Shown here: in pieces, positions 15,156-22,693 of the stretch
How positions within the stretch are numbered: the first letter of the stretch is position 1
Layout: each line of letters opens with the position of its first letter
Origin: a virus
Virus record (IMG/VR): IMGVR_UViG_3300045988_076193
Location: 1-42,951 of that record
Strand: one strand, 5' to 3'
Length of the DNA: 42,951 bases
Position numbers and translations under genes: made by a program
Notes under the pieces: model-generated
Told to the model about the DNA's origin: nothing
Databases searched by the model: none
Seen by the model: the letters and a program-made list of their open reading frames with translations, nothing else

Positions 15156-15276
15156 TCCACTGCCTCCATCCTTTCGAAATCGTTGCGCCGATCATGATGC
15201 CAGCCGCTACCAATAGCAGGTAACGCCAGAACGGCGCGGTGGGCGTCAGCAATGTCTGTACAATTGCATCAATCAT
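15148..15276 (-). CDS. Small membrane ORF (42 aa)
   Basis: Not in the track. The ATG overlaps the upstream TAA. One TM segment (FWRYLLLVAAGIMIGATI). Confidence 0.4.
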   Translation of the reverse strand: MIDAIVQTLLTPTAPFWRYLLLVAAGIMIGATISKGWRQWID

Positions 15277-15632
15277 TATTTGCCCTTCTCTCTAAGTGAC
15301 CTTGAAATCTCTGGAAACCATTTGTCTAAGAAGTCGAGCCATGGTTTCGGATGAAACAGATACCCCTTTTTGCCAGGCGGTGGATATGAAACCACGGTAT
15401 CTTGCAAGAACTTGTGGAAGCGTGGGACGTTCAAGATATTGTTAACTACCCACGTGTTGTTATGCCCTTCGACATAGCTTGTTGCGGTGGTGAGCGTCCA
15501 CATACCTCGTGCTGCTAGCTTGCGTTTTAACTCTTGGTTCTCCTTGATCAGCTTTGTCAGTTCTTCTTCATCGACCGCTAAATACTTTTTGCTTGAAATC
15601 TGCTTATTTTCGACAATTTGTAACAGTTCCAT
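15276..15632 (-). CDS. Hypothetical early protein (118 aa, DUF771-like by recollection)
   Basis: ORF in the early operon. The family assignment is from memory only. Confidence 0.65.
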   Translation of the reverse strand: MELLQIVENKQISSKKYLAVDEEELTKLIKENQELKRKLAARGMWTLTTATSYVEGHNNTWVVNNILNVPRFHKFLQDTVVSYPPPGKKGYLFHPKPWLDFLDKWFPEISRSLREKGK

Positions 15633-15696
15633 GGCGTTTCCTCCTTTCCTGTGATCGCCTCCTGACGGATAATGAAACCGAAGGAAGGTGATTTAG

Positions 15697-16287
15697 ATGA
15701 ACGAATTCTTTAAAATAGCAACGTTTGCATTTACCCTTATTACTGTGGCATTTTTGCTTCTTGACCACATAAAAAGATATTTATCTTCACGAGTTAGATT
15801 TAATTTAATACTGTCTGATTTTGAAGTCCTAGAAGAAGCCCAAGTTGTCAAAATGGATATGGTTATCGTCAACCATTCGTCTAGCAATTTAGCGATTATT
15901 GCAATGTATTATTTGGAGGATGGTAGTGAAGACACCATCAAGGGGTTATTCCCACCAAATTGGTCAAGCAGATATGTTGCTCCGATTGATGAAACCAGCA
16001 AGTACTTCAAAAAGCTTTCAAAAGAAGATAAACTTGTCATTGGAAATGCTGGCGGAATGGCACTTGGCAAACGCGAATATAAGTGGGTAGGATTACCGGA
16101 ACTTGATACATTTCCTATGAATATGAATGGATATTCCGCTATTGATTTAAACTTGAGCTTTCAAGCGTCAGGCATGCGCCATCTTTTCGATCCCGGTCTG
16201 ATGAAACATACCTTCTTGGTTATTACCTCTAGAGGAGTGTTTAAGAAAACATTCACAGCGTATGCAGCACGTATAATCCAGCAATAA
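15697..16287 (+). CDS. Opposite-strand membrane-anchored protein of unknown function
   Basis: 196 aa. GGAAGGTGA SD. N-terminal TM segment (IATFAFTLITVAFLLL). AT-rich. It is the only plus-strand gene inside the minus-strand early operon. Confidence 0.75.
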   Translation: MNEFFKIATFAFTLITVAFLLLDHIKRYLSSRVRFNLILSDFEVLEEAQVVKMDMVIVNHSSSNLAIIAMYYLEDGSEDTIKGLFPPNWSSRYVAPIDETSKYFKKLSKEDKLVIGNAGGMALGKREYKWVGLPELDTFPMNMNGYSAIDLNLSFQASGMRHLFDPGLMKHTFLVITSRGVFKKTFTAYAARIIQQ

Positions 16288-16453
16288 TCATGGCCGGTAC
16301 ACCAAAAACGCATGCTATCAATCCCGGAATTGACATCCAGTCATGGAATTTAACGATGGAATAAACCGCGATAGCGATTACAGGCAATACTCCAATCGCT
16401 GTTGCAAAGCAAAAAACTGCGAGCATGATGTTCATAATTACCATAGTTATCAA
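16253..16453 (-). CDS. Small hydrophobic protein (63-66 aa, 2-3 TM)
   Basis: ORF with TTG (16453) or ATG (16444) start. Its 3' end overlaps the convergent plus-strand gene by 35 nt. Confidence 0.5.
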   Translation of the reverse strand: MITMVIMNIMLAVFCFATAIGVLPVIAIAVYSIVKFHDWMSIPGLIACVFGVPAMIIAGLYVLHTL

Positions 16454-16495
16454 CGGCCTTTCTAATTAATCAAGATATGCTAGCTTGCTTGACAA

Positions 16496-16534
16496 GCTCC
16501 GTACTTCCCATATCAGTGCGGGGCTTTTTGTTTT
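16496..16534 (+). terminator. Plus-strand intrinsic terminator
   Basis: 9-bp stem GCTCCGTAC/GTGCGGGGC (two G-U pairs) followed by TTTTTGTTTT. Confidence 0.55.
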
Positions 16535-16540
16535 CTTCGT

Positions 16541-16786
16541 TCATACCGTCATCCCCTTCCGTTCTCTATTGGGAACGTTATCCGTAAAAAAAAGATCCAG
16601 TTGATTGGCGCCGTATCCCAAAATGCTTGCCATTTTTACTAATTCGGTAGCGCTAATTGTTGTAATACCGTTCTCACGCTTAGCGTACGAAGAGCGGTTG
16701 TGCCAGCCCATAGCTTTCGCCATTTCGTCTTGGTTCATTCCTTTTGCGATACGTTCAGCGCGAAGACGTTTTAAATTTAGTGTCAT
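16541..16786 (-). CDS. Cro-like XRE-family HTH regulator
   Basis: 81 aa from the ATG at 16786 (AAAGGAGG SD). HTH: MNQDEMAKAMGWHNRSSYAKRENG. Divergent from cI. Confidence 0.85.
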   Translation of the reverse strand: MTLNLKRLRAERIAKGMNQDEMAKAMGWHNRSSYAKRENGITTISATELVKMASILGYGANQLDLFFTDNVPNRERKGMTV

Positions 16787-16824
16787 TGTATTGCCTCCTT
16801 TCGTTTCCTTTTGGGAACATCTAA

Positions 16825-16853
16825 AGAATATCATCCGTGTTCCCATGTGTCAA
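16825..16853 (-). promoter_or_regulatory. Early rightward-type promoter for cro (TTGACA-17-TATTCT)
   Basis: -35 at 16848..16853 and -10 at 16825..16830. It is bracketed by the inverted repeat GGGAACA (16813..16819) / TGTTCCC (16838..16844). Confidence 0.55.
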
Positions 16854-16899
16854 CGATTATTTCAAAAAAATATTCAGATATTGTTTTTTTGTGCCCCTA

Positions 16900-16928
16900 T
16901 TGTGCACAATCGGGAACGGTGTTAAAAT
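16900..16928 (+). promoter_or_regulatory. Promoter for the cI operon (TTGTGC-17-TAAAAT, TG-extended)
   Basis: The -35 overlaps the palindrome ATTGTGCACAAT. -10 at 16923..16928. Confidence 0.5.
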
Positions 16929-16947
16929 CATTCTTGAGGTGAGATAC

Positions 16948-17622
16948 ATGAAAACAAATGATGAAATAATCAAGACTTTGAATGATCTTCGCAACCGCGA
17001 AGGGATTTCAATCAGTGAACTAGCACGCCGTGTTGACATGGCAAAATCGTCTGTGTCTCGCTACTTCAATGGAACGCGTGAGTTTCCATTAAACTATGTT
17101 GATAAATTTGCAAGTGCTCTACACACAACTCCGGAAAGCCTAATAGGAGTTTCTCCTGTAGATTCTTTTAAAGTCAAAAAACTAAATGTTCATTCTTATC
17201 CATACATTCCTGCTGAGATATCGGCTGGAATCTTGTGCAACGTCGATCCGCTAACTTCAGATGACGTTGAAACGATTCAACTACCAGATAGTGTTATGGG
17301 AAGATATGCCGGAGACAGTAGCATATTGATGATGCACGTTAATGGCGAATCAATGAACCAAACAATTCCAGACGGCTCTTTAATAGCCGTCAAACAATAC
17401 AGTGACATTCAAGACCTAAATGACGGGGACATTGTTGTGTTCGCAGATGATGGTGACTACGCTGTTAAATATTTCTACAACGACCGTCAGAAAGAAATTG
17501 TCACCTTTATTCCGGATTCCACCGACAAAAGATTTAGCCCTATCATGTATACCTATGAAGACCTTGAAGAAGAGAATATCAATATCATCGGCAAGGTAGT
17601 CGTATACACAGTCGTTTTATAG
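16948..17622 (+). CDS. CI-like repressor (XRE HTH + S24 LexA-type autopeptidase)
   Basis: 224 aa. HTH: ISISELARRVDMAKSSVSRYFNG. C-terminal GESMNQTIPDGSLIAV..GKVV (Ser/Lys dyad pattern). GAGGTGA SD. Confidence 0.9.
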   Translation: MKTNDEIIKTLNDLRNREGISISELARRVDMAKSSVSRYFNGTREFPLNYVDKFASALHTTPESLIGVSPVDSFKVKKLNVHSYPYIPAEISAGILCNVDPLTSDDVETIQLPDSVMGRYAGDSSILMMHVNGESMNQTIPDGSLIAVKQYSDIQDLNDGDIVVFADDGDYAVKYFYNDRQKEIVTFIPDSTDKRFSPIMYTYEDLEEENINIIGKVVVYTVVL

Positions 17623-17681
17623 CACAATCTTACGTCCAAACCCTGATCGACGTTAAAAGCTGAATTTTTTGGAGAGGAATA

Positions 17682-18359
17682 ATGAAACTACTTATCTTAA
17701 TTGCCTTTTTGGGATCGCTCCTATTGGCTGCAATATTTGGCACATTGTCTATAGTCCAACGAAAGGACTCGAGAAAACTAAAACGGAACCTTATTATTAC
17801 CGCGTTGTCGGCAATAGCATTTATTGCAATCTTTTTTTGGATTGGCACCTATTCGGGAGAAAGCAACAGGTCAGCTGCATCTAGTTCGTATTCGAAAGCT
17901 GAGTCGTCAAAGGTCGAGTCGTCACAAGATGATGATGACAGTTACGAAGACACTGATAGCGATGACTCTGATGATGAAGAATCATCAAGCACAGAAACAT
18001 TCAACGCAGCTGACTACAACACTGGGATCACTTATGAACAATTGGCACGGACTCCAAACGACTACAAGGGCAAGAACATCACTTTAACGGGCAAAGTTAT
18101 TCAAGTCGTTGAAGGTGACGATGAAACTGATTTGCGTGTTGCAGTTGATGGTAATTATGACAATGTAATTATGGTCGGTTATGATCCAGATATTATGAAC
18201 GGATCTCGCATTCTAGAAAATGACAAGATCACCTTCTATGCTGAAAGCTTGGGTACCACCACTTACAAATCAACCATGGGTGGCAAAATCACAGTTCCAT
18301 TGGCTTTGGCCAAGAAGATTGATGACGCCGGAACTGCTCCCGACGACTATGGTGATTAG
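17682..18359 (+). CDS. Membrane/secreted protein with an acidic Ser/Asp/Glu linker (superinfection-exclusion candidate)
   Basis: 225 aa. Signal/TM segment MKLLILIAFLGSLLLAAIF plus a second TM, then the linker SSQDDDDSYEDTDSDDSDDEESSS, then a beta-rich C-terminal domain. It lies between the repressor and the integrase. Confidence 0.75.
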   Translation: MKLLILIAFLGSLLLAAIFGTLSIVQRKDSRKLKRNLIITALSAIAFIAIFFWIGTYSGESNRSAASSSYSKAESSKVESSQDDDDSYEDTDSDDSDDEESSSTETFNAADYNTGITYEQLARTPNDYKGKNITLTGKVIQVVEGDDETDLRVAVDGNYDNVIMVGYDPDIMNGSRILENDKITFYAESLGTTTYKSTMGGKITVPLALAKKIDDAGTAPDDYGD

Positions 18360-18413
18360 TCCCTTTCCCCACGCAAGCGGCGTCCCCGTGCAAGCCGGAG
18401 AGTGGGGCTGGAT

Positions 18414-18444
18414 ACAAAATAAAAAGCCTTGGCGAGGCCAAGGC
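18414..18444 (-). terminator. Minus-oriented terminator-like hairpin inside the plus-strand lysogeny block
   Basis: GCCTTGGC-gag-GCCAAGGC followed on the minus strand by TTTTTATTTT. Confidence 0.45.
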
Positions 18445-18447
18445 AGA

Positions 18448-19506
18448 ATGAGATGGAGTATGAGTAAGATACAACCAAAAAAATCGAAAACAGATTCTAA
18501 TGAGCTCCAAGTCTATGAGACCTTACTTGAAAAAAGCCAGGAAGCTTTTACTCTGGCTCTGGAATTGTACAACAGGCCAACTATTAAATACCGAGTTGAG
18601 GCTTTTTCATTCTTCATCTGCAACGCATGGGAGCTCATGCTAAAAGCGCATTTAATTTCGCTGAATGGTTTTAACTCAATTTTCTATAGAGATAATCCTT
18701 CTCGGACAATTGCTCTATCAGACGCAATAAAGAGGGTATTTACCGACAAGCGCGAGCCTCTTCGCATGAACCTTGAGAAGATTATTAGTTTAAGAGATAC
18801 TTCAACTCACTTTGTTACCGTTGAGTATGAGCAACTTTACGCAGAGTTGTTTCAGTCCGCTGTTTTCAATTACGTAAACAAATTCAACGCTTTTTTCAAT
18901 GTTGATGTTACGGAACGTTTCGATCAGCATTTTCTCTCCTTATCAGTCAACGTTGACGGACTGGATGTTAACTCAATAAAAAGTAAGTATCCTAAAGCAA
19001 TAGCTGAGCAAATTCTCAAAGAAAGTACCGAGATTCGTAACGCTACTCAAACTATCGACAGTACCAGCTTCTCAATCCCAATTGATCATACTACCTACAT
19101 CACTAAAAACCGCAAAGATGCAGATTTTATCGTATCTGTAGTGGACGGCTCAGACGACAAAGTAGCGATTATTAATCGTGTCAGAGATCCCAAAAATACT
19201 CACCCGTACTCATTTAGTGATGTTGTCGCCAAGATAAACGATTGGATACGGCTTAAAAAAATAAAGTACAGAGTCTCACATCCCGATGGAATTAAAAGAC
19301 AAAAATTTAACAGTAGCGATCTTTCGCTTTTTATCAAGTTTTACGATGCTAAATCGAACCCCGATTATGCTTACAAACACCAAGTTGGAAATACTTCGCA
19401 GTTCACCTACTCTCAAAAGCTTGTTAATCTGATTGAGAGACAAATTACGAAACATCCTTGGTCAGTGATTACTAATCTAAAGAAAGCAATAGATAAGAGC
19501 AAATGA
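18448..19506 (+). CDS. HEPN-like (DUF3644-like) protein, abortive-infection candidate
   Basis: About 350 aa (ATG at 18448 or 18460). N-terminal LALELYNRP..AWELMLKAH and an Rx4H motif (RDTSTH). AT-rich. The family name is from memory. Confidence 0.7.
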   Translation: MRWSMSKIQPKKSKTDSNELQVYETLLEKSQEAFTLALELYNRPTIKYRVEAFSFFICNAWELMLKAHLISLNGFNSIFYRDNPSRTIALSDAIKRVFTDKREPLRMNLEKIISLRDTSTHFVTVEYEQLYAELFQSAVFNYVNKFNAFFNVDVTERFDQHFLSLSVNVDGLDVNSIKSKYPKAIAEQILKESTEIRNATQTIDSTSFSIPIDHTTYITKNRKDADFIVSVVDGSDDKVAIINRVRDPKNTHPYSFSDVVAKINDWIRLKKIKYRVSHPDGIKRQKFNSSDLSLFIKFYDAKSNPDYAYKHQVGNTSQFTYSQKLVNLIERQITKHPWSVITNLKKAIDKSK

Positions 19507-19762
19507 AAAAGAGACAACCCCAGGCGCATAGGAATTCTCGGCAAATGCCTACTCCCATTCGGGAACCCAGCGTTTCTCCTTCGCAAGTTATCTCTGCAGA
19601 CATTATATCATCAAATCAGTATCCTGACCACAAATCGTTAGTTACAAATAAACTAGCATTAAAAAGGCGCCTACCCCACCGAATGGGTAGACGTCTTATG
19701 GATCCGTGACTGTGTGGTGCGTGCAATAGCACCTATCTGTATTATAGCACAAGGAGGTGTAA

Positions 19763-20893
19763 ATGATGGCCAGCATTAGCAAACGTGGCAAAAAATGGCA
19801 ATATCGTGTCTCTTACAAGGATAATGATGGAACACGCAAGTATGTCAACAAAGGTGGTTTCCCCTCAAAAAAAGCTGCTGATATAGCGGCAATCGAAGTC
19901 GAACGTCAGCATAATCGCGGTGCAAATTTGGATCTTAACAAGATAACGTTAATCGACTACTGGGACAAATGGATTGAGCTGTACAAATCTGGTAAGCATT
20001 CTCGTATCACCGAAGCCCGGTATAAAACAATTCGTAAACAGTTATTAGCCTATTGGGGCGAAAGCCGTGAACTAAAATCAATTTCAAAATCAGACTGGCA
20101 GGCATTTATCAATGAGTTTGGCAAAAAAAGGGCTAAAGATACAGTCAGCAAATTGAATGGCTATGTTCGCTCAATGGCTGATTCTGCCGTCGATGACCAA
20201 ATAATATATACTAACTTCACTCATAACGTTGTCCTCACTGGTAATGAAGGCCAAGCAGGAATCATCAAATATTTGCAAGTAAAGGATTTACGCAAGCTCG
20301 TCAATTACTGCCTAGAATTTGCAGACTACGAGCATATTGCTTACTACATCATCGCAACCGGGGCACTGACCGGAGCTAGGTATTCTGAAGTTCTTGGGCT
20401 CACGTGGGATCATGTTGATCTTAAAAAGCGCGTTGTGCACATTACCAGAACGTGGGATCACAGATATGGCAGCGGCTTTGCTGCTACTAAGAACAAATCA
20501 AGTGTACGTGACATCGACATCACGAGAGAACTTGCAGACTTGCTTTTACGTCTCAAGAAAGAACAGCAAGAGGTCTACCTTGCTCAGGGATATCGTGATA
20601 GCAAACAACTATTATTTCGCAGCATACGGCATAACATGCTATCGAGCACGGCAATTAATAAGGATCTAAGGACGATCGAGAAGACTCTCGACATTTCCCC
20701 CGCGATTACTTTCCATGGGCTTAGACACACTCACGTTTCCTATTTGATTGCCAATCACGTTGACATTAACTATATTTCAAAAAGACTTGGGCATGCCAAT
20801 ACAATGATCACTCAAAAAGTCTACGCTCATCTTCTTGAAGATCAAAGAAAAGAGCAGGTATCCCAGACGCTACAAGCACTTTCGAGACTTTAG
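19763..20893 (+). CDS. int: Tyrosine integrase with N-terminal arm-binding domain
   Basis: 376 aa. Contains TGARYSE, HGLRHTHVSY and GHANTMITQKVYAH (the R..HxxR..Y catalytic set). AAGGAGG SD. Confidence 0.95.
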   Translation: MMASISKRGKKWQYRVSYKDNDGTRKYVNKGGFPSKKAADIAAIEVERQHNRGANLDLNKITLIDYWDKWIELYKSGKHSRITEARYKTIRKQLLAYWGESRELKSISKSDWQAFINEFGKKRAKDTVSKLNGYVRSMADSAVDDQIIYTNFTHNVVLTGNEGQAGIIKYLQVKDLRKLVNYCLEFADYEHIAYYIIATGALTGARYSEVLGLTWDHVDLKKRVVHITRTWDHRYGSGFAATKNKSSVRDIDITRELADLLLRLKKEQQEVYLAQGYRDSKQLLFRSIRHNMLSSTAINKDLRTIEKTLDISPAITFHGLRHTHVSYLIANHVDINYISKRLGHANTMITQKVYAHLLEDQRKEQVSQTLQALSRL

Positions 20894-21138
20894 CTTGTGC
20901 ACATTTTGTGCACCGGAGGAAAAAAACAACCGAAAATAAAAGGAAACAAAAATCCCGTAATGCCTTTATACCAGCATTCCGGGAAGCTATAGAAAGCATC
21001 TAGAAGCATAAAAACGGAGAGTAAGGGCGAAAACAAACGTATATATAATAGTAGAAAACAACTTTTTGTGCATATTTTGTGCACAAAAATAAGCCTCCCA
21101 CCATTGCTGGTAGGAGGCTTACTAATAACACATATAGC
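20894..21138. other. attP region (core not resolved)
   Basis: Non-coding A-rich stretch between int and the moron operon. It is flanked by two copies of TTGTGC-N5-TTGTGCAC (20895..20913 and 21066..21084). Confidence 0.55.
21084..21120 (-). terminator. Intrinsic terminator of the protease operon
   Basis: AAGCCTCC/GGAGGCTT 8-bp stem followed on the minus strand by TTATTTTTG. Confidence 0.7.
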
Positions 21139-21285
21139 CTAATATTGAACGATACGCACAACACATTCTTGTGCCGATCCTTGGTTTGTGGGTTCAGCGT
21201 TAGGTTGATTATATTGATTTAACTGTTCATTTGTTTTATTTACTTTATCGAAAAGGGCGTTGATTTGTTCTATTGTGTATGTCAT
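21139..21285 (-). CDS. Small ORF (48 aa) coupled to the protease gene
   Basis: Not in the track. AGGAGGAACCC precedes the ATG, and the ATG overlaps the protease stop (ATGA). Translation: MTYTIEQINALFDKVNKTNEQLNQYNQPNAEPTNQGSAQECVVRIVQY. Confidence 0.55.
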   Translation of the reverse strand: MTYTIEQINALFDKVNKTNEQLNQYNQPNAEPTNQGSAQECVVRIVQY

Positions 21286-22190
21286 GGGTTCCTCCTACTT
21301 TGGTCACTGACAATATATGAAGATGATTTGCTTTCAATTAATTTTGAAACATTTGTCTGTTGCAAAGTAATCATAATGGAGTGATGGAGACTCAAAACTG
21401 AATTTTGCAAGTTCTGATCGTCTTCGAGAGCATTAACTTTTAGACCGATTTCACGAGCCAAATCAATATTGAAGTGTCGAGCATGAGCCTTTGAACGAGT
21501 GTGTTCATTGAGCCTTTTCACTATAGCCTTTACCTTTTCATCTGGATGTGGGTCATCGGCGAACATAACAGACGAAAGCCAGCTTTCTATTAGCTCTCCC
21601 GATAATTGAACGGCATCTTGAGCGAACTTGACGTATGCGGCCGGATATTTTCCTAAAAGTAACGACCAATATTGAAGGTTGTTGGCGTTTTCTTGTAGAT
21701 CACGGTACGCTTCATCAAATTCAGAAATAATATTATAGGCAGGTAACCCCCCTATCTGAGGATCAACCGGTCCCAGGCTTGAATGCTTTCCCATCCAAAT
21801 CTTTTTAGAAGCACACGAAATCATAGTGCCTGCAGACATTGCCATGTGAGGAACGATCACCTCTATATTATCATCAAACATACTTCTAAGATATGAAACG
21901 ATTGATTCTGCAGCATTAGGATCTCCACCTGGTGTATGCAAAACTAAAGAAAGTCCCTTTTTGCGATCTAATCCATTGATGGAACTCATAAACCCTTCCA
22001 TGTCGCTATCATTGATATCAATCTGATTTTTTCGTCCTTGTTGCCAACCAGAGTAATAACAGATTATGGTTCTATTAGTTTGTTTTTCAAGGTCTTCGAG
22101 ATATTTATGCCTAAGAGAGTCTAATGGAGACGGATAAGACTTTAACTCATCGAAAATCGATGACCAACTACCACCGCCTTGATGCTGCAT
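21282..22190 (-). CDS. SDH-family Clp-fold (S49/ClpP-like) serine protease
   Basis: About 302 aa from the ATG at 22190. Family-typical core IICYYSGW..LVLHTPGGDPNAAESIV..HMAMSAGTMISCA..LGPVDPQ. Confidence 0.8.
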   Translation of the reverse strand: MQHQGGGSWSSIFDELKSYPSPLDSLRHKYLEDLEKQTNRTIICYYSGWQQGRKNQIDINDSDMEGFMSSINGLDRKKGLSLVLHTPGGDPNAAESIVSYLRSMFDDNIEVIVPHMAMSAGTMISCASKKIWMGKHSSLGPVDPQIGGLPAYNIISEFDEAYRDLQENANNLQYWSLLLGKYPAAYVKFAQDAVQLSGELIESWLSSVMFADDPHPDEKVKAIVKRLNEHTRSKAHARHFNIDLAREIGLKVNALEDDQNLQNSVLSLHHSIMITLQQTNVSKLIESKSSSYIVSDQSRRNP

Positions 22191-22273
22191 TGCTCCACCC
22201 CCCCATGTTAATCTATAAGCTTCATGTGATGTGTACGCTTTCCAAGCAAATTTGTCATGCACCCATCGCTTAC

Positions 22274-22302
22274 ATATTACCAGTGGCAATAACAATATTC
22301 AA
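22274..22302 (-). promoter_or_regulatory. Own sigma70-like promoter of the protease operon (TTGAAT-17-TAATAT)
   Basis: -35 at 22297..22302 and -10 at 22274..22279, with a 17-nt spacer. Confidence 0.5.
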
Positions 22303-22424
22303 TTAAAACTGATTAAAACATATTTAAAAAGTAAAAAATTGCAGTGCATTCTTGACAATTAATTTACAACAATAAGCCCTCCACCCGCGTTAGCGAGCAG
22401 AGGACTTTTTTGTTACCTGATATA

Positions 22425-22655
22425 TCAGTATTCTTCTCCGTCCCAGCCACGTAGACCAGGAGGACCGCAAACGGCTGATTTATGCTCCAAGGCCATTGTC
22501 ACAGACTGAACGGAGGCAACAGCATCTATAAGTTCATCAGTTGAATGCTTGTCTGAAGCGGAATCCAGCAACTCTGAAACGGCTCTCATTAAGTCACGTC
22601 TCACATAACTTTGCTCAATAACTCGTGCTTTATCAATTTTTTCAGCCATATGCAT
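22425..22655 (-). CDS. Hypothetical protein (76 aa) downstream of the endolysin
   Basis: ORF with a weak AGGGTGA SD and no recognisable motif. Confidence 0.55.
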   Translation of the reverse strand: MHMAEKIDKARVIEQSYVRRDLMRAVSELLDSASDKHSTDELIDAVASVQSVTMALEHKSAVCGPPGLRGWDGEEY

Positions 22656-22693
22656 TCACCCTATTTATATTTTTTGACTTCAGCGGCAAGCCG

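Noticed and set aside
19562-19567. Additional GGGAAC hexamers outside the switch (for example 19562 and 16571) as possible extra operators
   Set aside because: A 6-mer is expected about 20 times by chance in 43 kb on both strands. Only the clustered and inverted copies in the switch are considered meaningful.
19503-19709. 68-aa plus-strand ORF after the HEPN-like gene (its ATG overlaps the preceding stop)
   Set aside because: The translation is very basic and low-complexity, and the SD is poor. The region is better explained as the 3' UTR/terminator (imperfect 12-bp hairpin at 19665..19697) plus the int promoter region.
20808-21084. Two 63-64-aa minus-strand ORFs spanning the int 3' end and the attP region
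   Set aside because: They run through an A-rich non-coding att region containing the TTGTGC repeats. There is no SD, and the hydrophobic junk translation comes from T-rich antisense sequence.
22380-22412. Hairpin with TTTTTTGTT on the plus strand between the 76-aa ORF and the protease promoter
   Set aside because: The stem is imperfect (GTCCTC/GAGGGC with a large loop) and the strand assignment is ambiguous. It may be a weak bidirectional terminator and is not annotated.
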